Part shown: positions 44,068-55,116 of the stretch, in pieces
How positions within the stretch are numbered: the stretch's first letter is position 1
Layout of the letters: every line of letters begins with the position of its first letter
Source of the DNA: an uncultured Eubacteriales bacterium
GTDB taxonomy: Bacteria > Bacillota > Clostridia > Christensenellales > UBA1242
Assembly: GCA_948787875.1 (NCBI GenBank)
Contig: CAQFKO010000001.1
Span: forward strand, 31,545-95,544
DNA length: 64,000 bases
Direction: 5' to 3'
Translations under genes and position numbers: made by a program
Notes under the pieces: model-generated
The model's input: only the letters and a program-made list of their open reading frames with translations
Databases searched by the model: none
What the model was told of the DNA's origin: nothing

Positions 44068-47000
44068 TCAAATTTCTATAATTTTTTGATTGTCGATAAA
44101 GCAAATATATTTGCGAACAACCCTCATATCAAACGCCCTTGAAGCCGCACTAGCATACAATTCAAGTTGCATTTTATATTTTTTCAGCTTTTCGTCAGTT
44201 TGATTTCCCGTTTTGTAATCAAGCAAAATAAGCTCATTGTTTCTGACAATTATCAGGTCAATAACACCTTGCAACAAAACATTATCGCCCTCACCAAGCA
44301 TTCCGTCAAAAATGCCGGAGTTTATATTTGCACAAAATTCACGCTCTTTTATTATTATATCGTTTGCCGAAATCTCTTTGAAAAATGGAAGCTTCAAAAT
44401 ATTTTCTATTGTTTGTTTATCCACATAACTTGCCTCTGCTTGCGACAAAATTTCGGTTTTTATTGTTTGAAATTGCTTGTCGAATTCTTCTTTGTTTTTA
44501 AAATCCAATGCCTCAAAAACCTTGTGATAAGCTGTTCCCCTTTCGGCAAAAGACTTTAATTTTTCATCACCAAGAAAAGTTTCAAAAGCCTCATATTCGT
44601 CGTCAAAATCTTCGTCGGGCCCACCTAAACTATTGGAACTTATAATTTTTGAAACCGAACATTTGAGCGGAACTTTTGTGCTTGACTCAAACTTATAAAC
44701 AAATTCTTGCGGAATATTTTTTTCATTTGACCATAACAAAAGTTGAGGCTTTTTTGCCTTGCCACTGTTTAAAAGTTTTGACTGCTCAATAGTTTCAAAA
44801 TTTACAAAATCAATATGCTTGCCCGAAAGCTCATCGGAAATAATTTTTTCAAACCAGCAAGAAAAAGAATTTGGACGATCGGGAAACTCACTGAGAAGTT
44901 CGGATTTTTGTTTTGAGCAAACCACAAATAATTTTTGTTTTGCCCTAGTCAAGCCGACATATAAAACTCTTTGATTTTCTTCAACAAGCTTTCTTTGTTC
45001 GGTTAAACTTATTGAAGAAAGTGGTAACGACCTATGCTTTTCTCTGCTATCAAAATCAAAATAATTTATGCCTGCACCAAATTGTTTGCTAAGCAACAAA
45101 TCACCTCTTAATGACTGATTTGAAAATTGCTTAGAAATGTTTACCAAAAATACCGCCTTGAATTCAATTCCCTTTGATGCGTGAATACTCATAAACTTAA
45201 CGGCATCTTCTCCGCTTTCGTTTTGCATTTCTTCACTGAAATTTTCATTTTCAAAAACAAACTCATAGGCATAAACTTCGGGAAGTCGGTTTACAAAATT
45301 TTGAAGCACAGAAAGTCTTTCCGCACCATTTTCAAAAGATAAGTTAATTTGCTTTAAACAAAACTCTTCAATAATTTTTTCTGCCAAACTTTTAACACTT
45401 AAAACTTTTGACAACTCTTTGAACTTAAAAAGCTTTTCATAAAAATTACGCATTTTTTGCTTTAAATTTTGATCACTTAAATTTTCAAAAAGTTTTGTCG
45501 CCTCATAAAATCTTAACTTTAAATCAAGCCTTCTTATCATTGCAAGCTCGTTGTCGGAAAATTGAAACAAATTGCTCTTTAAAACTTTAAACAATAATAT
45601 ATCGTCGTTGCTGCAAACGCAAAGTTTAACAAAACTTAAAATTTCGTCAATGTAATTATTTTTTGCAATATCATTTTTTTCGTCACTTGAAACCGCAATT
45701 CCGAAAGACGCAAGTGTTTGCAAAAACTTGGCTGTGCTTTCGTTTCTTGATTGAACCAAAATTGCAATATCAGAAAGAGTTATTCTGTTTGGATTATCAT
45801 AGCTAATTAGTTCGGAAATCTTTCCTGCAACATAGTTTGCCTCTGCTATTGCACTTTTTTTATCCTCGTCGTCTTCTTGCTCATGATTCTTTACCGAATA
45901 AACACTGTTTGCAAACTGCTTTTCTGTTTTATCTGATTCAGTATCAATAAAACAAAGATTAACACTGTTTGGCAAATCCAAATTATTTTCACCCGCAACA
46001 AACATGCTGTCCTTTTCGTAATCTAATCCGCCAAACTCATTTGTCATTACGCCACAAAAAACCATATCAACAAATTTCAAAATCTTTTTATCACTTCTGA
46101 AATTTGCATTTAAATTTATTACCTTATCATTATTTAAACTTGCTCTGTATCTTTGATAAGTTCCAAGAAAAATATCGGGGTCGCAATATCTAAACCTGTA
46201 AATACTTTGCTTTATGTCGCCCACCATAAACCGATTGTTTTTGCCGGAAATAAGGTCGATTATTTTTTCTTGAACTTCATTAATATCTTGATATTCGTCA
46301 ACAAACACATATTTGTATCTTGCCTTAACATCACTTAAAATTGCAGGGTCAGACAAAACCAAAAGAGCACTCTTTTCAAGGTCATTAAAGTCCAAACCAT
46401 TGGCATCTTTTTTTAACTTTGAATAGATTTCATTGAATTCAAGCACAAGTTCAAGCAAACATTCAAGCATTTCTTTTCCGAATTCAAGCCCACAAACAAG
46501 CTCGTTTTCGTCTGCGGAAACATAATTATTTTTATAATTTTCCAAATGCCTTTTGATTTTTTCTTTAACAAATTTTGCCTCTTCTGACAAATACTTAAAT
46601 TCGTCTTTAACGGTTGGCGTTCTGGCAAGCTCTATATCAAAAATGTTTTTTGAGTTTGTTAAATAGCTTTTGTTTATGTTAACCGCACAAAGCATTTGGC
46701 TGATTTCTTCAAAATGCAAAGCATATTTTTCACAGCCTGCAAGCCTTGCTTTTTCCGCAAATTTTTCAAGAATTTCAATGTCTTTTTTTATTTGCCCGCA
46801 AACATAATTATTTATTACCTTAGCACAAACATTGTTTTGCAAACTTGTGTTATGGGTTTCGTTAATTTTGTTTCTAAACCAATTTTCTCCGTCTAAAATA
46901 GAATTTAAAAAATTGTTGAGTTTAAAAATCTCTTGCTTTAATCCTTCACTGCTTCGTTTCTTTTGAAAAATTTCAAAAAGCTTAAAATAACTTATATCTC

Positions 47001-47445
47001 CAAACTTTTCTTTTTCTTCAAAAAGTTTTGACGCAGCCTTTTCTTTTAACAAGTTTGCTTCAACCTCATCAATTATGTGGTAGGCAGGGTCAACTTGTGC
47101 CTTATAAAAATATACGGAAATAAGGCGCGAACAAAAGCTGTGCAAGTTTGAAATATCGCTGGTTTGCACATTTTCTATTTGACTTATAACCCACTCATCA
47201 GCTTGAAGTTTGTATAATTTTTCAATAAGCTTTCGCTTCATATCGGAAGCACTTGCCTTAGTAAAAGTAACTACCAAAAAATCAGTGATCGGAACTTTTG
47301 GCTCTCCCATCATAAGACTGATTATTCTTTCAATCATAACGGTGGTCTTTCCACTGCCCGCAGAAGCACTAACTAGCAAATTGTTTCCCCTATCGTTTAT
47401 TGCTTCTAATTGCATGGGGGTATATTTAACTTCTGAATTTTCCAT
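44068..47445 (-). CDS. addA: helicase-exonuclease AddAB subunit A
   Basis: YTPMQLEAINDRGNNLLVSASAGSGKT (UvrD motif I), VDEYQD and the C-terminal RecB nuclease motif LLDYKTG. GGGGGA SD before ATG 47445. The track's 51-codon N-terminal extension overlaps addB and was rejected. Confidence 0.9.
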   Translation of the reverse strand: MENSEVKYTPMQLEAINDRGNNLLVSASAGSGKTTVMIERIISLMMGEPKVPITDFLVVTFTKASASDMKRKLIEKLYKLQADEWVISQIENVQTSDISNLHSFCSRLISVYFYKAQVDPAYHIIDEVEANLLKEKAASKLFEEKEKFGDISYFKLFEIFQKKRSSEGLKQEIFKLNNFLNSILDGENWFRNKINETHNTSLQNNVCAKVINNYVCGQIKKDIEILEKFAEKARLAGCEKYALHFEEISQMLCAVNINKSYLTNSKNIFDIELARTPTVKDEFKYLSEEAKFVKEKIKRHLENYKNNYVSADENELVCGLEFGKEMLECLLELVLEFNEIYSKLKKDANGLDFNDLEKSALLVLSDPAILSDVKARYKYVFVDEYQDINEVQEKIIDLISGKNNRFMVGDIKQSIYRFRYCDPDIFLGTYQRYRASLNNDKVINLNANFRSDKKILKFVDMVFCGVMTNEFGGLDYEKDSMFVAGENNLDLPNSVNLCFIDTESDKTEKQFANSVYSVKNHEQEDDEDKKSAIAEANYVAGKISELISYDNPNRITLSDIAILVQSRNESTAKFLQTLASFGIAVSSDEKNDIAKNNYIDEILSFVKLCVCSNDDILLFKVLKSNLFQFSDNELAMIRRLDLKLRFYEATKLFENLSDQNLKQKMRNFYEKLFKFKELSKVLSVKSLAEKIIEEFCLKQINLSFENGAERLSVLQNFVNRLPEVYAYEFVFENENFSEEMQNESGEDAVKFMSIHASKGIEFKAVFLVNISKQFSNQSLRGDLLLSKQFGAGINYFDFDSREKHRSLPLSSISLTEQRKLVEENQRVLYVGLTRAKQKLFVVCSKQKSELLSEFPDRPNSFSCWFEKIISDELSGKHIDFVNFETIEQSKLLNSGKAKKPQLLLWSNEKNIPQEFVYKFESSTKVPLKCSVSKIISSNSLGGPDEDFDDEYEAFETFLGDEKLKSFAERGTAYHKVFEALDFKNKEEFDKQFQTIKTEILSQAEASYVDKQTIENILKLPFFKEISANDIIIKEREFCANINSGIFDGMLGEGDNVLLQGVIDLIIVRNNELILLDYKTGNQTDEKLKKYKMQLELYASAASRAFDMRVVRKYICFIDNQKIIEI

Positions 47446-47446
47446 T

Positions 47447-50400
47447 TTAAATTCCCCCTTTGTTAATACTGTCCTTATTTGACATATCAAAACTGCCTGA
47501 ATTAACTTGACTAATGCAATGTCTGCCACCTGAAAAACTTGAATGTTCAAGACCACAATATCCCGCATATTTGCAAGTTTCGCACCTCTCCAAGCCACCC
47601 GAAGCAGTCATTGAAAGCGGAGATGGCTCTATATATCCCGAAAGAATTTCTTCTGCACCGACTTTAATAAGCAACAAAACATAATCTTCAATGTTGTCAA
47701 AGTCGGTTGAGGATAAAAATCTTTCACCCACTCTGCCTTGTTTGTTGATTTGAAGTTGACCGTTTTTATCCTCTCTTACTTTTAGCGGAACAAAATTGCT
47801 ACAAGCTGTGGTTGCCGAAAGACTGCTGTCAAAATGCTTTATAACATCAATATCGTCAAGCAAAAAGCCTTGCATTTTGTAATGCGATAAATACCCGTCT
47901 TTATCTTCTTCAAAATCACTGTGAACGGGCAAATAAAACAATCCCGCAGGTTTAGTTTTTCCAAGTTTTTTTGTTGCGGACAAATAAGAAGCCAGCTGAA
48001 TTTTTTTGCCATAATAAATGCCCGAAAGATTATTTTTTACATCTCCCGTTTTATAGTCAACAATTCGTACAAACTCACCCATTTTATCTATGCGGTCAAT
48101 CTTTCCCACAAGCGAAAGCTTTTTTCCGCTGTTAAGCTCAATTTCTATCGGTGAAATTTTTCCGAAATCAAATTCGAGTTTTGAAATTTTAAATCCCGAA
48201 CCGTTTTGTTCTTCCAAAATATTTTTACAAAGTTTTTTGCATTCCAATAAAACCAAATTAATAACTGCTTTATTTTTAGAAACATTTACTTTTTGTTCTG
48301 TCAAAGCAACATTTAAAAGTTTTTCTATGCCTTTGTCAAAATTAACCTCGTCAAGTTCAAAAAAACTTTTTATATCTTTTGCAAAAAGCTCAACCACTCT
48401 GTGAACGATATTACCAATATCAAGATTAGAAATTTTTGAATCTTTGTTTTCTTTTAATCTAAGCCCATAATTTGCAAAAAATTGATAAGGACAACCAAAA
48501 TAATTTTCAAGCTGAGAAACACTTGTTGTGTTTTCATAAAAATAAAGCTTATCTGCGTTTTCTATTTCAAAATTCTTTTTGCTAAAAGAAAGATTTTCAA
48601 TAAATTGTTTATAGTTTTCGGAAAGATTAACTTCGGAATATTTTTTGTTTACATCAGTCAGATTTTGACCGTCTTTTAAAAATTTTCCAACGGACTCGGC
48701 AAATTCAAGCTCGGCATTTGTTTTTGTAACATATCCGCAAGCATCAACCTTTTTGCATAAAACTTTGCCTTGAAAAAGCTCAATTAAACTGCTTATAATT
48801 TGAGCAGGCTTGTTTGCACTGCCCGACTCTGACTTTAAACTATAACTCACAAACAGTTTTTCTTTTGGCTCTAATAACGCCTCATAAGCCCTGAAATTTT
48901 CTCTTGCATTAATAGTGCTAACGGTTGGCTCAACACTTTTTTTGATTAGATTTTTTGCCTCATCAAGTTCACTGTCAAGAATAATGCCCGTGTCGCCAAG
49001 CTTAAACGGAAACTGCCCGTCAACTGCATCAAACACAAATAAATCTTTTATATCAAAAAAGCCGTCAGTATTGTCTTGCACAATAACGCAATCTATTGAA
49101 ACCGGCGATAAGTTTAGCTTTATTTCCGAAAATCCAGATAAATATATCTGCAAAAATTCATTTGACTCAACACAAAGTTCTCCCATAAATTCACAAAGCA
49201 TAGCAGAAAAATTTGAATGTTTTTCCAAAATAGCTTGGGTCAGTTTTGCCTCAATAATTTGATTTAATTCTTCTTGCTTTTGAGACAAATAAGAAAGCTT
49301 GTTTTTTATATCAAAACTGTCAATTATAAATTCACATAAATTGGCAAAATCATTAACGGTTTTTGAACTGCTTAACCTTTGTTCAAAAGCCAAATAAAAC
49401 AGCTTTAACTTATTTAAAACTTTGCTAAAAATTTGCTCGTCTTGTTCGTTTTTAAACTCATATTTTATTTCGCTTAAAAATCCGCCATAATTTATTCCGC
49501 TAGCCTTTACAATATTATAAAATTCAGACAAATCGACTTCGCAAAAAAGCGGATTGGAAACAAAATTAAGCACATCATTAACTGATAAATGCCAAAAATA
49601 AAGAGCAAAAGCACCTTCTATGAATTTTACAAAAAAATGATTTGAAAGCTTGTGCTTTCTGTTAATAAAATAAGGAATATTATATCTTTTAAAAGTGTTT
49701 TCAATATCTTTGTAGTTTTCTTCAAGACCGCACGCAAAAACTCCGATATCTTTAAACCTTTTTCCCGACCTTATCTCTTCAATAATGTTAGTCGCAACAA
49801 ATTCAAGTTCTTGCTTTTTGTTTTGAGCTTCAAAAACTTTTACATTGCCCTTTGGTTCAAATTTTTTATTTTCCGTGCTAAACAAATAGTTTGCAATATT
49901 ATAAAAATCACCACTTTCAAAAGTTTTGTAAAATGAAGGAACATAAGCATATTTAAGGCTGTCTGCTATATGCTTAAACTTTAAATAAAGTTCGTTTTTT
50001 TGAATATAAAAATCTTTTCGTTTTGAATTAAAATACACTGAGGAAAAGGTTATGCTTTTTGAATGAGTTGCAATATCTTTAAGCACATCTTCCATTTCAA
50101 AGGTAATATTGTCAAACCCCACAACAAAAACATCGGACTCATTTATAAGCTTGTTTGATTTTGCAAACTTGGAAATAAGAGCCAGCCTGTCGCAATCGTC
50201 AAAAAGCTCACCACTAAGTCTGTTTTGATACTCTTTATAGATTAAAAGAATATCACTGAGTTTAAGCCTAAGCGCCTCACTGAAATTTGACAAAGAGTCT
50301 TCCAAATCCTGTGGCGAAACATTGCTGGATTTAAGTTGTGCAATTGTGTCATAAATTTTTTCGGCAAAACCGAGTGACTTTGCGGTTTTTTTGTAACAAA

Positions 50401-50710
50401 CAAACTTATCTATATTATCAAAAATAATTTTTCTTATCAAAACTATGCAAGTTTGTTTTGAAATTACATTTTCGCTTTTTATTCCGCCCATTCTGGAAAT
50501 AAGCCTTACAAAGCTGTAAACAAAAATATTTGCAGTTGCCCCGTTTTTGCAAAGACTTAGCATTTCTTTTTCGATTATAATTGATTTTGTTTCTGGCACA
50601 AGAACAATAACACTTGAAAACTTATCTGCCTCTGCTTTTTTGACAACAGCTTCAAGTGCTTTTGTGGTAGCCTTTTTTGTGGTATCTGACAAAATATAAT
50701 CAATTTTCAT
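47447..50710 (-). CDS. addB: helicase-exonuclease AddAB subunit B (RexB type, no Walker A)
   Basis: C-terminal nuclease motif RIVDYKTG and Fe-S cysteines (CPYQFF ... CETCKYAGYC). The N-terminus lacks GxGKT, as in RexB-type subunits. Confidence 0.85.
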   Translation of the reverse strand: MKIDYILSDTTKKATTKALEAVVKKAEADKFSSVIVLVPETKSIIIEKEMLSLCKNGATANIFVYSFVRLISRMGGIKSENVISKQTCIVLIRKIIFDNIDKFVCYKKTAKSLGFAEKIYDTIAQLKSSNVSPQDLEDSLSNFSEALRLKLSDILLIYKEYQNRLSGELFDDCDRLALISKFAKSNKLINESDVFVVGFDNITFEMEDVLKDIATHSKSITFSSVYFNSKRKDFYIQKNELYLKFKHIADSLKYAYVPSFYKTFESGDFYNIANYLFSTENKKFEPKGNVKVFEAQNKKQELEFVATNIIEEIRSGKRFKDIGVFACGLEENYKDIENTFKRYNIPYFINRKHKLSNHFFVKFIEGAFALYFWHLSVNDVLNFVSNPLFCEVDLSEFYNIVKASGINYGGFLSEIKYEFKNEQDEQIFSKVLNKLKLFYLAFEQRLSSSKTVNDFANLCEFIIDSFDIKNKLSYLSQKQEELNQIIEAKLTQAILEKHSNFSAMLCEFMGELCVESNEFLQIYLSGFSEIKLNLSPVSIDCVIVQDNTDGFFDIKDLFVFDAVDGQFPFKLGDTGIILDSELDEAKNLIKKSVEPTVSTINARENFRAYEALLEPKEKLFVSYSLKSESGSANKPAQIISSLIELFQGKVLCKKVDACGYVTKTNAELEFAESVGKFLKDGQNLTDVNKKYSEVNLSENYKQFIENLSFSKKNFEIENADKLYFYENTTSVSQLENYFGCPYQFFANYGLRLKENKDSKISNLDIGNIVHRVVELFAKDIKSFFELDEVNFDKGIEKLLNVALTEQKVNVSKNKAVINLVLLECKKLCKNILEEQNGSGFKISKLEFDFGKISPIEIELNSGKKLSLVGKIDRIDKMGEFVRIVDYKTGDVKNNLSGIYYGKKIQLASYLSATKKLGKTKPAGLFYLPVHSDFEEDKDGYLSHYKMQGFLLDDIDVIKHFDSSLSATTACSNFVPLKVREDKNGQLQINKQGRVGERFLSSTDFDNIEDYVLLLIKVGAEEILSGYIEPSPLSMTASGGLERCETCKYAGYCGLEHSSFSGGRHCISQVNSGSFDMSNKDSINKGGI

Positions 50711-50850
50711 AAATGCCTCAACTATATTTTACAATATTTAACGACAGATTTCAACAAAGTTGAAGCAAATCATTTTAAATTTATATTTGACATAATACTG
50801 CAAATTTTATACACTTAACTAAACCATTAAATAATTTTCGGAGGTAATAC

Positions 50851-51582
50851 ATGGACATTTGGGTAGCCGTTTATATTACAGTTGCGGTATTATTTTTGCC
50901 GTGCCTAATTGCCGGTTCAATTTTTCAGATAAAAGTACACTCAACATTCGAAAAATACAAAGGAGTTTTATCTGTTTGCAATATAACTGCCGATGAACTG
51001 TCGAGAGTGCTTTTGCATAAAGCGGAAATTGACGATGTCGATGTTGTTGAAATCAACGGAAAACTAACAGATTGCTATGATTCAAAACACAAAGTTTTAA
51101 AATTGTCTTCTTCAACCTTTTCATCAACCTCGGTCGCAGCACTTGCAATTTGCGCACATGAAGTCGGACATGCCGTTCAAGACAAACAAAAAATGTTTTT
51201 ATTTAGGCTGAGGCGTGCACTTGTTCCCGTTGTTAACTTTATATCATATATGTTTGTTCCGATGGTTTTGTTAGGTTCTATTCTCAGCTTTACGTTCTAT
51301 CTTCCCGTTGTTGGTCTTTACATAACTTGGACAAGCGTTATACTGTATGGCGCAAGTCTTATATTTCAACTAGTTACCCTGCCGCTTGAATATAATGCTT
51401 CAAAGCGAGCCCTAAAAATGTTGGAAGAAACAAAGATGTTTAGCCGAGACGAATTGAATATATCAAAAGATATGCTAAAAGCCGCAATAATGACTTATGT
51501 TTCCGCAACCACAATATCAATGTTATACTTTTTAAGATTTTTAAGCTATGCAATGATATTTGCAAGCAATAGAAAAGATTAA
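50851..51582 (+). CDS. YugP-like membrane zinc metallopeptidase
   Basis: CAHEVGHAVQD (HExxH) lies between TM segments. 243 aa. GGAGG SD. Confidence 0.8.
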   Translation: MDIWVAVYITVAVLFLPCLIAGSIFQIKVHSTFEKYKGVLSVCNITADELSRVLLHKAEIDDVDVVEINGKLTDCYDSKHKVLKLSSSTFSSTSVAALAICAHEVGHAVQDKQKMFLFRLRRALVPVVNFISYMFVPMVLLGSILSFTFYLPVVGLYITWTSVILYGASLIFQLVTLPLEYNASKRALKMLEETKMFSRDELNISKDMLKAAIMTYVSATTISMLYFLRFLSYAMIFASNRKD

Positions 51583-51648
51583 AAAAATTCTGGTCAATTA
51601 TGCAAACCTGCATAAGTGCCCAGAATTTTTATTTTTCCTTTTTTTAGT

Positions 51649-53376
51649 CTAATCGCGACGAAGTGCTTCAATAGGTTGCATATGGCTGGCTTTCACCGCA
51701 GGGAACATTCCGAAAATCAATCCGATTGCCGTGCAGAAGCCAAGGCTCATTGCTATTACCCAGAACGGCATAGAAATTGCTATGCCCATAACCGAAGCAA
51801 TGATTGCCGAACCGATTGCAGAAATTATTAATCCAATTCCTCCGCCGATTAACGATAACATCAATGCCTCTACCAAAAATTGAACCAAAATCGAAGAACG
51901 CTTTGCACCGATTGCTTTTCTGATTCCGATTTCCTTTGTTCTTTCGGTTACCGCAACAAGCATAATATTCATTATTCCAATGCCACCCACCACAAGCGAA
52001 ATAACCGAAATAACCGTTAACATTGTTGTTAAGATATTCATAACTGTGGAAATGATTTTTGCAACATTGCTCATTGATACTATCATAAAGTCTTGCATAT
52101 AATCATAACCGCCTCGAATTAAAGCAATAGTTATATCAGTTGTACTTTCAGACATAACATCTTCGGTTTTGTATCTTAGGTATGCATAAGTTATAACAAC
52201 ATCTTCAACCGTTTCTGCCTTTGCATCAATAGGGGCTAAGTTGCTCTCGTCAAGAAGCATATAACAAGCACCCTTTCTGCTGGACATCATAACGCTGATT
52301 AGCGAATTTTCGTCATCGGAAGATGTGCTCATTCCCGTAAACATTGCGGATTCGTCTTCCTTTAACACACCGCAAACAGTGTATGTTTTTGAATTTTTTG
52401 TTTCAAACTTATCTTCAACAATAATAGCATTTGGAGCTGTTAAATCAGCACTAGCTTTAATATCAGGAGATAGCATTAACAAAGCCTTTACAGCATCATT
52501 TTTTAAGGTTTGAAAATATGCCAAATCAAAGGTCAGCGTTTTGGATTCTTCATTATAGTTTGAGCTTAAAATCTTTAAATTAGCACTTGAATAAGTTGGA
52601 TTTCCGTCTTCTCCAACACCTGTTGGATAAACCAAATTAGTTATGTAATTGCTGATATTTTCAAGAGTTGTGTCAGACATAGTACTCATTTTTATTGAAA
52701 TTCTTGAATAATAATTTATTCCAAAAGTCACCTTTTTCCCTATTGCGTCAACAGCCGAAACATTTTGACCGATATAAGTTTTTACAAACTCTTGATCCAC
52801 CAAAATTTCGTCGTCTGCTTCCGGAAATCTTCCGTATTGATTGGTTTCATAAACCGTTGCAAGCGACTTGTCTACCGCATAGATTGAAGAACTTATTGGA
52901 AGGGCTTTTTGCTTTGCCATTCTCATATATGCAATAAGTCTTTCGTTCTCTGTCATGGCTTCCAATTCTTCTTTTGTGTAAGAATAAAGTTTTTCAAATT
53001 GTAAATAGTCTTTTACTTCACTTACCTCGCCGTCAAGTTCACCGGCAACTGCACCAGATGTTGAATATATCATTGCATAATCAAAATAATTTGCGGCATC
53101 TGTTTTTGGCTGTTCATTTTTCAAAATAGAATTCAGGTCTTTATAAGTCATTGTATTTTTGCTGCCGGCCAGCGTTGAAGAAGTGTTCATAATTATTGAT
53201 AGTGTGCTTTGTGACCTTATGGAAGAAATAACTGCATCAGACACCGAAGCTGCAACAGTTGTTAAAAGCGAAACCGTCATAACACCGATTATTATTCCAA
53301 GCATTGTTAAAAAGCTTCTGAGCTTGTTTGTCCAAAGGGATTTGCACGCCATTTTAAAAGCTTGCCATAAATGCAT
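51649..53376 (-). CDS. MacB-type ABC transporter permease (FtsX domain) with enlarged extracytoplasmic domain
   Basis: TM1, then about 400 aa of loop, then a C-terminal FtsX 3-TM bundle (GGIGIMNIMLVAVTERTKEIGIRKAIGA). Confidence 0.85.
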   Translation of the reverse strand: MHLWQAFKMACKSLWTNKLRSFLTMLGIIIGVMTVSLLTTVAASVSDAVISSIRSQSTLSIIMNTSSTLAGSKNTMTYKDLNSILKNEQPKTDAANYFDYAMIYSTSGAVAGELDGEVSEVKDYLQFEKLYSYTKEELEAMTENERLIAYMRMAKQKALPISSSIYAVDKSLATVYETNQYGRFPEADDEILVDQEFVKTYIGQNVSAVDAIGKKVTFGINYYSRISIKMSTMSDTTLENISNYITNLVYPTGVGEDGNPTYSSANLKILSSNYNEESKTLTFDLAYFQTLKNDAVKALLMLSPDIKASADLTAPNAIIVEDKFETKNSKTYTVCGVLKEDESAMFTGMSTSSDDENSLISVMMSSRKGACYMLLDESNLAPIDAKAETVEDVVITYAYLRYKTEDVMSESTTDITIALIRGGYDYMQDFMIVSMSNVAKIISTVMNILTTMLTVISVISLVVGGIGIMNIMLVAVTERTKEIGIRKAIGAKRSSILVQFLVEALMLSLIGGGIGLIISAIGSAIIASVMGIAISMPFWVIAMSLGFCTAIGLIFGMFPAVKASHMQPIEALRRD

Positions 53377-54192
53377 TTATTTACCCTCCTTTGCTTTGGA
53401 TTTTGAGGTGGCTCTTTTTGATTTATTTTCACCGACAGCTGAATCTGTGGCTGATTTTTTTGTGACTTTCTTTTTTTCTTTTAAAGCATCAGTAGTTTTT
53501 TCGTTTTCAATCAAATTGTTATTAACCACATCAGAATCAATTTTGCCATCATGAATTCTGACCACCCTTTTTGAACTTGCGGCAATTTCGTCATTATGAG
53601 TAATGATTATAACCGTTGTGCCGTTTTCATTAAGTTTTCTTAAAATTGTCATAATCTCTTCGCCGGTAACCGAATCAAGATTTCCCGTTGGCTCATCTGC
53701 CAAAATGCACATTGGTTTGGTTGCCAAAGCCCTTGCAATTGCAACTCTTTGTTGTTGTCCACCTGAAAGTTCGCTTGGTTTATGCTTCATTCTTTCTTTC
53801 ATTCCAACAATTTCAAGTGCAGAAAGCACTCTTTCTTGCCTTTCGACTTTTGAAATGCCTTGATAAATTAGCGGAAGTTCAACATTTTCATAAGCTGTCA
53901 TATTTTGAAGCAAGTTAAACCCTTGAAAAATAAAACCCATTTTTTTGTTACGCAAAAAAGCAAGTTGATTTTCCGAATATTTGGAAATCTCAACTCCGTC
54001 AACAAGATATTCGCCCTCGGTCGCAATATCAAGACAACCAACAATATTCATCATGGTTGACTTACCCGAGCCTGACGGACCAATAATGGTAACAAATTCG
54101 CCATCTTCAACAACAAGGCTTATTCCGTCTAGGGCTTTAACAACATTATCGCCCATTTTGTAATATTTTTTTATATTTTTCAGTTCAAGCAA
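53377..54192 (-). CDS. ABC transporter ATP-binding protein (MacB/LolD family) with Lys-rich tail
   Basis: GPSGSGKST, LSGGQQQRVAIARAL and ILADEPTGNLD motifs. TTG start with an AAGGAGAGAG SD. Confidence 0.9.
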   Translation of the reverse strand: MLELKNIKKYYKMGDNVVKALDGISLVVEDGEFVTIIGPSGSGKSTMMNIVGCLDIATEGEYLVDGVEISKYSENQLAFLRNKKMGFIFQGFNLLQNMTAYENVELPLIYQGISKVERQERVLSALEIVGMKERMKHKPSELSGGQQQRVAIARALATKPMCILADEPTGNLDSVTGEEIMTILRKLNENGTTVIIITHNDEIAASSKRVVRIHDGKIDSDVVNNNLIENEKTTDALKEKKKVTKKSATDSAVGENKSKRATSKSKAKEGK

Positions 54193-54453
54193 AGTTCTCT
54201 CTCCTTTTACCTATACTATATTTATTATATAAAAATTTGTTTAAAATTGCTAGCGCTTTTTTTAATATTAAAAAAATAATTGTTTATAAAATTTGCCTTT
54301 AACAAAATTTGTCAAAAATAAAAAATTGTAACACCTTGCATTTTCTCAGAATTTCGAGTAATAACGGTTGTACAAAAATTTTGATAAATGACAAAAACAC
54401 TTGCCAAAAATCAATTTATAATATAATGTGAAAGTATACAAAGGAAAAAGATT

Positions 54454-54981
54454 ATGGAAACAAAAAAAGAAAATTTGACAAGAGAATATATTATTGATGC
54501 ATTTTGCAAACTGCTTGTTACCAATGGTTTTGACAAACTTTCTGTTTGTGACATAGCAGACAAAGCCGGCGTTTCAAGAATGTCTTTTTATCGAAATTTT
54601 AAATCAAAAGAAGACCTTGTTTTTCAATTGCTGGATAACATTTCAAAAGAGTTAAAAGCAAATATTGAAATTCTTGAAATAAAAAATCAATTCACAATAA
54701 CAAAAGAATATTTTGAAATTTTCAAGAAATATAACAAGCATTTTCTTGCCCTGCTAAACAGCCAAATCTCCAAAACCTTGGGCGAAACAATTATGGAAAA
54801 ACTAAAAGCCAACACACCAAATGACTATATTAGCAAAACCTCTAAATATATTCCTATTTATTATTTTGGTGCAATGACTCATGTGCTAATAGAATGGCTT
54901 GAAGACGGCATGAACGAGTCAACCGAAGATATGGCAAGGCTTATTTGCTCACTTAACAACACTGCTTCAAAAACAAAGTAA
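54454..54981 (+). CDS. TetR-family transcriptional regulator
   Basis: GFDKLSVCDIADKAGVSRMSFYRNFKSKEDL is the TetR N-terminal HTH. Divergent from the ABC operon. Confidence 0.8.
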   Translation: METKKENLTREYIIDAFCKLLVTNGFDKLSVCDIADKAGVSRMSFYRNFKSKEDLVFQLLDNISKELKANIEILEIKNQFTITKEYFEIFKKYNKHFLALLNSQISKTLGETIMEKLKANTPNDYISKTSKYIPIYYFGAMTHVLIEWLEDGMNESTEDMARLICSLNNTASKTK

Positions 54982-55072
54982 ATTTTTGTTATTGCCCATA
55001 ATTGCTTATATTTTGGGGTGCTATGCAACGCACAACACTGCAAATTTTGCAAAATACTTTGTTTTTTATTTG

Positions 55073-55101
55073 TTGACAAATAGTTTTTTGTGATATATAA
55101 T
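55073..55101 (+). promoter_or_regulatory. glyQS promoter, perfect TTGACA-17-TATAAT
   Basis: TTGACA at 55073-55078, 17 nt, TATAAT at 55096-55101. Confidence 0.8.
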
Positions 55102-55116
55102 AAAACTATAAATTGC

